Below, piece after piece: positions 35,268 to 42,546 of a stretch of 42,546 nt of DNA. Location: NCBI GenBank assembly GCA_035650735.1, contig DASRGZ010000033.1, positions 1 to 42,546 of the forward strand, given 5' to 3'. Within the stretch, counting starts at the first letter, position 1, and the number at the start of each line of letters is the position of its first letter. The translations under genes were made by a program, and so were the position numbers. Source of the DNA: Chthonomonadaceae bacterium. GTDB lineage: Bacteria > Armatimonadota > Chthonomonadetes > Chthonomonadales > Chthonomonadaceae. The notes under the pieces were generated by a model. That model saw nothing but the letters and a program-made list of their open reading frames with translations. It did no database searches and was not told the origin of the DNA.

Positions 35268-36806
35268 ATGTCTCATTCCAATCATGGCTCTTTCGAAGTC
35301 GAGCCGAGCCATCCTGGCTATTCCGAATATACGGCCCTGCCCGTCTCGGCGCGCGAGGCTGCCCTCGGAGACGACTCGGGTGAGCTTGTCCCAGCTTTCC
35401 CTGCGGTCGTCTCCCCGGAGCCCCTGCCGATTCCAGAGGCCGCTGCCGAGCCGACGCCGCGTGAGCTCCATCGGGCCGTCTGGACGCTGGCCTGGCCGTC
35501 CGTGATGACCATGCTGCTCCAGACCTTCAACAGCCTGATGGACACCTTCTTCGTCGGGCACCTGCCCTACGGCGCGCAAGCTCTGGCGGCAGCCGGCGTG
35601 GGCGGCAACGTCATCTTTCTGATGGTCTCGCTGGCGATGGGGGTGACGGTGGCCGTGACGGCGCTGGTGGCTCGCTTCACCGGAGCCGGTGATCACGACC
35701 AGTGCGCTCATGCGACGGGGCAAGGGCTGACGCTGGCCTTTTTGCTGGCGCTGCTCTTCGGCGTTCCGGCCTATGCCTGGCGGACGCAACTGGTCGGCCT
35801 GATGCTGGATACGCATCACAACCCGCAGGCGGCGGCCCTGTGCGTGCAGTTCCTCGGCGCGGCGCTCCTGGGGACGGTCCCGCTGTTCCTGATGAACGTG
35901 TTCCATGCGACCTTTCGCGGCCTGGGCGATACCCGCACGCCCATGCTGGTAACGTTGGCGGTCATCGCCACCCATATCACCTTCAACGCGCTGCTCATCT
36001 ACGGCAAGCTCGGCTTCCCAGCGCTCGGCGTGGCTGGCGCGGGAACGGCGCTGGCGATCTCGCAAACCGTCGGCATGCTGCTGTTTCTGTTTATCCTGCC
36101 CCGCTACTCCTCGGTTGCCGATGCCCTGCAGCGCAAGCATCTGATCTTACGTCCGGAGTGGGCCTGGCGTATCCTGCGCATCGGCCTGCCTGCCGCACTG
36201 CAAGCCGTGATCCGCACGCTCTCCATGACCTCCTTTATCGGCGTGTTGGCGCGCGCGGCGGAAGGGGCGGCGGGCGTGGCCGCCCTCCAGATCGGGCTGC
36301 GCGCGGAGTCGGTGGCCTTTATGCCGGGCTTTGGCTACAGCGTGGCGGCCTCGGCGCTGGTGGGGCAGAGCCTGGGAGCGCGCAACCCGGAACGCGCCGA
36401 ACGCTACGGCTGGGCGGCGACAGGGCAGGCGATCCTGGTGATGTCTACGATGGCTGCGCTCTTTTTCTTAATGGCCCATCCGTTCACGCGGCTGTTCACC
36501 GGCGACCTGCTGGTGCGGCGCCTGGGCGTGGAGTACCTGCAGGTGATCGCGCTCTCGGAGCCGTTCCTGGCGCTGGGCATGGTGCTGACCGGCGCTCTCC
36601 AGGGAGCAGGCGATACGCTGCGCCCGACCGCCATCACCATCTTCACCATGTGGATTTTGCGCCTGCCGCTGGCCTACTGGCTCATGTTCCACCTGCATAT
36701 GAACTCGCGGGGCGCCTGGATCGCTATGGCCATCTCCACCGTCGCCGGTGGCCTGTTGACCGTCGGCCTCTTCCGATCCGACAAGTGGAAGCGGATCAAG
36801 GTCTGA
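35268..36806 (+). CDS. MATE family efflux transporter
   Basis: LAWP...MDTFFVG, FRGLGDTRTP, LGVAGAGTA, RIGLP, GQSLGA, LQGAGDT. Confidence 0.92.
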   Translation: MSHSNHGSFEVEPSHPGYSEYTALPVSAREAALGDDSGELVPAFPAVVSPEPLPIPEAAAEPTPRELHRAVWTLAWPSVMTMLLQTFNSLMDTFFVGHLPYGAQALAAAGVGGNVIFLMVSLAMGVTVAVTALVARFTGAGDHDQCAHATGQGLTLAFLLALLFGVPAYAWRTQLVGLMLDTHHNPQAAALCVQFLGAALLGTVPLFLMNVFHATFRGLGDTRTPMLVTLAVIATHITFNALLIYGKLGFPALGVAGAGTALAISQTVGMLLFLFILPRYSSVADALQRKHLILRPEWAWRILRIGLPAALQAVIRTLSMTSFIGVLARAAEGAAGVAALQIGLRAESVAFMPGFGYSVAASALVGQSLGARNPERAERYGWAATGQAILVMSTMAALFFLMAHPFTRLFTGDLLVRRLGVEYLQVIALSEPFLALGMVLTGALQGAGDTLRPTAITIFTMWILRLPLAYWLMFHLHMNSRGAWIAMAISTVAGGLLTVGLFRSDKWKRIKV

Positions 36807-36963
36807 CCCTGCCCTCGCAATTCTGCCTAAATTTTCCCCGTAAAAAAACTATGATACAATATAGAGATAGGCGGTCCGAGGAGGAACGGGAGGAGCGGAT
36901 CGCCTCCCGTTTCCCGCATCAGGTCCGTAGTGCAGCCGTTTTCCGGGCGGGGAGGAAACCGAG

Positions 36964-38316
36964 ATGAACCAGACACAACCCTGGCCGCGCTGTCCGGAGG
37001 CAGCCGGCTTTTTTGACAGGCAGCTTCGCACTTTTGCTGCCGCCAACCCACCGATTGAGGCGATGGCGGCGCGCTTCCATAATGCAGCGGGCGTCCTGCT
37101 GCAAAACCTGATCGATCACTGGATTCTGCCGGAAACGCCCGGCCTGCCGGAAGAACTGGCGGCGCTGGGCTTGGTGGAGACGGTACTGCCGGAGGGCGAC
37201 CGCCTCTGGAAGCATCCACAGGCCCGTCTGCCGGGCGTGCGGTTCAAGCGCAACCTCCAGGCGCCCCGGCTGGCGCTGGCCGTCGAGGACATTCCGCTCT
37301 TTGCCGAGGCCAACGGCCTGACGCTGACCGGCTGCCACGGCGACCCCGACTCGCGCTACCAGTGCGGCCATGTTGCGCTGCCTCACGGCGAACTGATGCC
37401 CATTGCACGGCGGGGCTATGGCGGATTTGCGCCCGGCACCCTCAGCCTAGCGGAATCGCAGCAGTTGGGACACGCGCGGGAGGCGCTCCACAGCCGTGAC
37501 CGCAGCGGCAGCGCCCTGGAGGTCATCACGCGCACGCAGAAGCTGGTCGAGAGCGTCATCGGCGACATCGGACGCGACCGGGCCGTGGAGGAGTTCTTCG
37601 CCGCCGAGCGCGCCTACTATATGACCCGCAACCGCGCCGCCCGCTGGCAGTATGAGCAGCAGCAGCGGATCGGCATTGGCTGGGCCAACCACGACCACCA
37701 CACCTACCGCTGCTCCCGCGATAGTTTCCGCGCCCTGATGCAGCTCTGGCAGACGCTCGGCTTCGAGATGCGCGAGCGGTTCTATGCGGGCGCGGAGGCC
37801 GGATGGGGCGCGCAGATCCTGGAGCATCCGGTCAGCCGGATCATCCTCTTCTGCGACCTGGATCTGGCCCCAGAAGAGCTGGACATTGATTTCTCCCGCG
37901 TCGATCTGGCGCAGCGCGACACGCTGGGAACCATCGGCCTGTGGTGCGCCCTGCACGGCGACAGCGTCGGCACAGCGGGCCTGCATCACCTGGAGGCCGA
38001 GTTCGACTTCGCTCAGGAGCAGACGCTGCTGGAGGCCGCCGGGTTCGGCGTGATGGCTCCCTTCACCGACCTGCCGATGCTCAAGCAAGCCTTCACCGAA
38101 GCCGAGATCTGGCCGGTGGCGCCGGAGCGCGTCGAAGCTCTGCGCGCGCGCGGCCTGATCACTGCCGGGCAGGCGGAACGCTTCCTGGCACAGGGCGCGG
38201 CGGGCAGCCACCTGGAGATCCTGCAGCGCTGGGAGGGCTTCAAGGGCTTTAACAAGACGGGCGTGAGCGCCATCATCCAGGCCACCGACGCCCGAAAAAC
38301 CTCTCAACAGGATTAA
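36964..38316 (+). CDS. uncharacterised VOC-superfamily protein with HPPD/HglS-like metal motifs
   Basis: 450 aa; GGAGG RBS; NHDHHTY, AGLHHLE, LKQAFT, HLEILQRWEGFKGFN. Confidence 0.65.
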   Translation: MNQTQPWPRCPEAAGFFDRQLRTFAAANPPIEAMAARFHNAAGVLLQNLIDHWILPETPGLPEELAALGLVETVLPEGDRLWKHPQARLPGVRFKRNLQAPRLALAVEDIPLFAEANGLTLTGCHGDPDSRYQCGHVALPHGELMPIARRGYGGFAPGTLSLAESQQLGHAREALHSRDRSGSALEVITRTQKLVESVIGDIGRDRAVEEFFAAERAYYMTRNRAARWQYEQQQRIGIGWANHDHHTYRCSRDSFRALMQLWQTLGFEMRERFYAGAEAGWGAQILEHPVSRIILFCDLDLAPEELDIDFSRVDLAQRDTLGTIGLWCALHGDSVGTAGLHHLEAEFDFAQEQTLLEAAGFGVMAPFTDLPMLKQAFTEAEIWPVAPERVEALRARGLITAGQAERFLAQGAAGSHLEILQRWEGFKGFNKTGVSAIIQATDARKTSQQD

Positions 38317-38453
38317 CAGGATTTCTCAGGATTTACAGGATTAATGTATAAGCCTTATAGACAGGATTGACAGGATTTCAACAACACAGACAAACCCTGT
38401 GTGATTGTGTGGTTGAAATCCTATCAATCCTGCAAAATCCTGTTAATCCTGTT
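38305..38453. repeat. family-C ACAGGATT inverted tandem repeat element
   Basis: CAACAGGATTAACAGGATTT... / ...AATCCTGTTAATCCTGTTG; supplies the stop codon of the upstream gene. Confidence 0.8.
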
Positions 38454-38482
38454 GGGTTTTTGTTTTTGAGGGAGTTTTAGGT

Positions 38483-39982
38483 ATGCACGACGGTAGGACG
38501 AACTACATAGGCGGTGAGTGGCGCGCGGCCATGGCGGGCGCGACGTTCGAGTCGGTCAACCCGGCGCGCACCGAGGAGGTGTTGGGGCGCTACGCGCGGT
38601 CGCAGGGTGAGGATGTGGAGGCGGCGGTCGCGGCGGCAGTGGCGACGTTTCCGGCATGGCGGCGTACCCCGGCCCCGGCGCGCGGCGCCATTATAGAGCG
38701 CATGGGGCGGCTGCTGGAGGCCCGCAAAGAGGAGTTGGCCCGCCAGATGGTTGCCGAGATGGGCAAGGTGCTGGTGGAGGCGCGCGGCGACGTGCAGGAA
38801 GCCATTGACATGGCCCACTATATCGCCGCGTTTGGCCGTCTGCCCAACGGCAGCCTCGTGCCCTCGGAGCGCCCCGACATCTTCTGCGCGGCCCAGCGCG
38901 TGCCAGTCGGCGTCGTCGGGGTCATCACGCCCTGGAACTTCCCTATCGCCATCCCAAGCTGGAAGATCTTGCCGGCGCTGCTGGCAGGCAACACGGTCGT
39001 CTTCAAGCCGGCGGAGGATACGCCGGGCCTGGGCGTCGCCTTTGTGGAGCTGCTGATTGAGGCCGGACTTCCGCCGGGCGTGGTCAACCTAGTCACGGGC
39101 TACGGGCCGGAAGCGGGCGCGGCGCTGGTCGAGTCGCCAGGGGTCGCTGTTCTCTCCTTCACCGGCTCAACCGAGGTGGGACGCCAGATCGCGGGGCGCT
39201 GCGGCCAGTTGATGAAGCGGATAAGCTGCGAGTTGGGCGGCAAGAACGCGATTGTGGTATTAGACGACGCGAACCTGGAGTTGGCGCTTAAGGGCGCGCT
39301 GTGGAGCGCATTTGGCACGGCAGGGCAGCGCTGCACGGCGGCCAGCCGCCTGATCGTGCAGCGGGGCATTAAGCAAAAGTTCCGTGATGCACTGGTGGAT
39401 CGCACGCGCGCACTGAAGATCGGCGCAGGAGCCGACCCGTCCGTAGAGATCGGGCCGGTGGTCAATCGCGCGCAGTTGCGCCGTATTCATGGCTATGTCG
39501 AGATCGGCAAAGCGGAGGGCGCGAAGGTGCTGACCGGAGGGCGCATCCTGGACGAGCCGGAGTATGCGCCGGGCTGCTTCTATGCGCCGACGGTGCTAGA
39601 TGAGGTTGAGATGCCTATGCGCGTGGCTCAGGAGGAGATCTTTGGGCCGGTCACGGCGCTCATCGAGGTGGACAGCCTGGACGAGGCCATCGCCGCCGCC
39701 AACGGCACGCAGTACGGCCTCTCGCTCTCCCTCTACACGCGCGACGTCAACAGGGCGTTCCGCGCCATGCAGGAGCTGGAGGCAGGCATTGTCTATATCA
39801 ACCTGCCCACGAGCGGCGCAGAGATTCAGTTGCCCTTCGGCGGCGTCAAGCAGACCGGCAACGGGCATCGGGAGGCGGGCTGGACGGCGATGGACTACTG
39901 CACCGAATGGAAGTCCATCTACGTCAACTACGCCGAGACGGAGGAACTGGTCCGCGCCCAGATCGACACGCAGCCAGGCTAA
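38483..39982 (+). CDS. NAD(P)-dependent aldehyde dehydrogenase
   Basis: ITPWNFP, KPAE, FTGST, ELGGKN, GQRCTA, EEIFGP, PFGG. Confidence 0.95.
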   Translation: MHDGRTNYIGGEWRAAMAGATFESVNPARTEEVLGRYARSQGEDVEAAVAAAVATFPAWRRTPAPARGAIIERMGRLLEARKEELARQMVAEMGKVLVEARGDVQEAIDMAHYIAAFGRLPNGSLVPSERPDIFCAAQRVPVGVVGVITPWNFPIAIPSWKILPALLAGNTVVFKPAEDTPGLGVAFVELLIEAGLPPGVVNLVTGYGPEAGAALVESPGVAVLSFTGSTEVGRQIAGRCGQLMKRISCELGGKNAIVVLDDANLELALKGALWSAFGTAGQRCTAASRLIVQRGIKQKFRDALVDRTRALKIGAGADPSVEIGPVVNRAQLRRIHGYVEIGKAEGAKVLTGGRILDEPEYAPGCFYAPTVLDEVEMPMRVAQEEIFGPVTALIEVDSLDEAIAAANGTQYGLSLSLYTRDVNRAFRAMQELEAGIVYINLPTSGAEIQLPFGGVKQTGNGHREAGWTAMDYCTEWKSIYVNYAETEELVRAQIDTQPG

Positions 39983-40011
39983 ATTTTCGCCTAAGAGATA
40001 CCGAAAAGACT

Positions 40012-40266
40012 CAACAGGATGAATAGGATTTTGCAGGATTTACAGGCTGAAGATAAAAGCCGGTAATCCCTCCCAACGGTGTTGACGTATCTCCTCAGCA
40101 GCAGGCTGCGGGAGATTGATCCACACGGCTGGGAGTGTCTACCTAAAAGCCATTTAGACAGCATTAACGGGATTAACCGGATTTCAACAACTCAGAGAAG
40201 CAAGGCTTGCTTGTCTTTTTCTAATCCTGTAAATCCTGTTCATCCTGTCCAATGTTAATCCTGTTG
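40012..40266. repeat. family-C ACAGGAT inverted tandem repeat element interrupted by MITE copy 2
   Basis: CAACAGGATGAATAGGATT..., AGACAGCATTAACGGGATT..., ...AATCCTGTAAATCCTGTTCATCCTGT...AATCCTGTTG. Confidence 0.75.
40062..40143. mobile_element. 82-bp MITE, copy 2
   Basis: 81/82 identical to 8025-8106; flanked by 8-bp direct repeat TAAAAGCC (40054-40061, 40144-40151). Confidence 0.9.
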
Positions 40267-40292
40267 GAAATAGAAATAGAGTAGAGAAAGGC

Positions 40293-41627
40293 ATGGTGGG
40301 TATGTTGACGGAAGAGCGCGTTGTGGAGTTATGTGGGGAGGGACTGCTGGCGGAGGTCGTTGGCTTTGAAACCGACGAAGTGGCTCTGGCTGCGCAGGGA
40401 GCCTCGGTAGTCACCTATCGCGGAACGCGCTACATTGACTTTACCGGCGGTATTGCCGTGCACGCCTGCGGCCACAACCACCCGGAGGTGATTGCGGCGA
40501 TTGTGGAGCAGGCCGGGAAGGTCATGCACGTCTCCGACACCATGCGCCACGCCCCACAGTTGGAGCTAGGCCGGTGGATGCGGGATCTCTTCGGGCTGCT
40601 GCTGCCCGGCGCTCCCTGGTCGTTTCTGTTCCTCAACAGCGGCAGCGAGTCGATAGATGCGGCGGCCAAGCTCGCCCTGAAGGTGACGGGCCGCACGAAG
40701 TTCGTCGCATTTGAGGGCGCGTTTCATGGGCGAACGCTGTTCGCTACCGCCCTGTCCCACTCCAAGCGCCTGCATTGGGAGGCGTACGAGGGCTTTCTGG
40801 TGCCGCTGCGCGCCAACATCCATCATGCGCCCGCCCCCCGCTGCGCCAAATGTCATGCCTGCAAGCCGACAGCATGCTGCGTCGCGGGGCTGGAGCGGCT
40901 GCTAAACGAGATGGGCGGCGACGTGGCGGCGGTCGTTTTCGAGCCGCAGCAGGGCGAGGGCGGCTACGTTCCGATGGCGCCCGCCGCCGCGCAGCGCATA
41001 CGCGAGCTAACCAGCCAGCGCGGCATCCTGCTCATCGCCGACGAGATCCAGACCGGATGGGGCCGCACGGGCCGCTGGTTTGGCTTTGAGCACCTGGGCA
41101 TCGCCCCGGATATCGTCGTCTTTGGCAAGGCGGTCGGTGGGGGCCTGCCGCTGGCGGGCGTGGCCGCGCGCCAGGAGATGATGGCCCTGTGGCAGCCTGG
41201 GGAGCACGGCACCACGTTTGGCGGCAATCCGGTGGCGTGCGCAGCCGGGCTGGCAGCCTTGCGGATCATCGAGCGGGAAGGGCTAATCGAGCGCGCGGCG
41301 CATCTTGGCGAGATCCTCAAGGCGCGGCTGCGGCCCCTGGTCGGCCAGCACGGCGTCGTGGATGTGCGCGGCAATGGCCTGATGATCGGCGTGGAGCTAC
41401 GCGATGCGGCGGGCCGACCGGACTATGCGCGCTGCGAGGCGGTGAAACGCCGCGCCCGGGAAGCAGGGCTGCTGCTGCTGACTTGCGGCGCCAAGATCGG
41501 CAATCCGGCGACCGACAATGCGACTCTGCGCCTGATCCCGCCGCTCAACATCCCAGAGGAGGTTTTGCAAGAGGGACTGGACATCTTCGAGGCCGCGCTG
41601 CAAGAGGCCACCGCCAAAGCCGCCTGA
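40293..41627 (+). CDS. class III PLP-dependent aminotransferase (GabT/ArgD/LAT-like)
   Basis: YIDFTGG...GHNHP, NSGSES, AFHGRT, EPQQGEGG, DEIQTG, FGKAVGGG, HGTTFGGNP. Confidence 0.93.
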   Translation: MVGMLTEERVVELCGEGLLAEVVGFETDEVALAAQGASVVTYRGTRYIDFTGGIAVHACGHNHPEVIAAIVEQAGKVMHVSDTMRHAPQLELGRWMRDLFGLLLPGAPWSFLFLNSGSESIDAAAKLALKVTGRTKFVAFEGAFHGRTLFATALSHSKRLHWEAYEGFLVPLRANIHHAPAPRCAKCHACKPTACCVAGLERLLNEMGGDVAAVVFEPQQGEGGYVPMAPAAAQRIRELTSQRGILLIADEIQTGWGRTGRWFGFEHLGIAPDIVVFGKAVGGGLPLAGVAARQEMMALWQPGEHGTTFGGNPVACAAGLAALRIIEREGLIERAAHLGEILKARLRPLVGQHGVVDVRGNGLMIGVELRDAAGRPDYARCEAVKRRAREAGLLLLTCGAKIGNPATDNATLRLIPPLNIPEEVLQEGLDIFEAALQEATAKAA

Positions 41628-41700
41628 TCCTCTGTTCCGACATTGGCGCATCGCTCTATCCGTTCGTATGTTATAATTAGGATGAAGGCAAAAGGTAAAC

Positions 41701-42546
41701 GTTAGTCCTCCCGAATTTTGCAGATTGGCACCGGGATAGGCTAAGAAGAGACGGCTTAAGGCCGCTCGCAATCGGTACAGCGGAGCCTGGATTTCCTGGC
41801 TCCGCTTTCCTGTGCGATGGCAAAAGCAGCGCAACAGCCATTGACATAGTGGTTGGAGCAGCGGATCGAGCAAGCTCAAGAGGAACGCAGAACAGAGCGT
41901 GACCATCCGTAATAGTTTGCGCCGTCCCTCCCAACTCCACAGCCGCGGACTCTCCATGGCCAGTTCACTCTTGGTGTAGCGGAAGGTCTGTTCGATCTGC
42001 CAGCGGCGTCCATGGCGCAGCACACTCTTCCAGGCCACTTCGGCGCTCTCTTGGGGCTGGTTGGTTAGCAGATACCAGGGAGCCAGGCCCGGCTTGCCGG
42101 GACGAGAGACCACCAACCACAGAGGCGTGTCGGGATAGTCCGGATGCTTGACCGGCACAGCCACTACGCCTACCAGACGATGACAGCGCCGCCTGGCATC
42201 AAAGAGCAACCGCTTCTGCCAGCTACGCTTGCCTCGGGCTATCTGCCAGGCTTTGCGCTTTCTGCCCTGGGCGTCGAGCAGGCTCCAGCCCTTGGGCCAG
42301 CGCACAATAAAGGGTACTTTCTTCTCCAGCAACAGTCCCAGCCAGGAACTGCCCGCAAAGCCCCGGTCGAAGATATGCCGCAGGCGCGCTCCCCAGGCGG
42401 CCACACACTCCCGGAGCAAGCCCTCCTGGACGGTGCGGGCCTTTGTAGCCTGCGGGCCCCTTGTGCTAAACCAGCGCATGCAGGCCCCATGCGGCCTACC
42501 CTGCCTGCCACAGACCAGCAGGCACAGCCAGCGCAAGCCGGGCACG
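41701..42546 (-). mobile_element. IS4-like DDE transposase, 3' part (5' part outside window), probably degenerate
   Basis: HIFDRGFAG, PWYLLTN, HGRRWQIEQTFRYTK (YREK signature with Y replaced by H). Transposase-like sequence ends near QNSG (~41708); the ORF then reads antisense through the aminotransferase. Element boundary approximate. Confidence 0.8.

Overview
GC-rich bacterial chromosomal window. Gene content suggests Armatimonadota (inference from paired prepilin/H-X9-DG proteins and the csaB-DUF5693 pair). About 33 CDSs are supported; no rRNA, tRNA or cas genes were seen. Main blocks: (1) two parallel minus-strand modules of sugar-type regulator + prepilin/H-X9-DG (DUF1559-like) protein + small single-TM protein + TPR protein (1-4698, ending in a CRTAC1/ASPIC-UnbV-like lipoprotein; 24745-29179), each with a near-consensus sigma70 promoter flanked by two palindromic operators; (2) SDR, SLT/M15-like peptidoglycan hydrolase, HtrA, HxlR, DUF3500, CxxS DsbA and CoiA-like genes; (3) a plus-strand run with a TerY-P (vWA/PP2C/kinase) triad whose kinase carries TM + WD40, an ExeA-like ATPase plus degenerate HTH protein, an orphan ParA plus small partner, and a heme-c/HAMP cyclase with degenerate catalytic residues; (4) frameshifted GH18-like gene, csaB, DUF5693, rhomboid, MATE; (5) a putative lysine/omega-amino-acid catabolic operon led by an HPPD/HglS-like dioxygenase candidate; (6) a partial IS4-like transposase. 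Intergenic DNA holds at least three REP-like repeat families, two copies of an 82-bp MITE with 8-bp target duplications, and a 30/38/30-bp repeat-spacer-repeat. All family calls come from motif recognition by eye; no database search was run.
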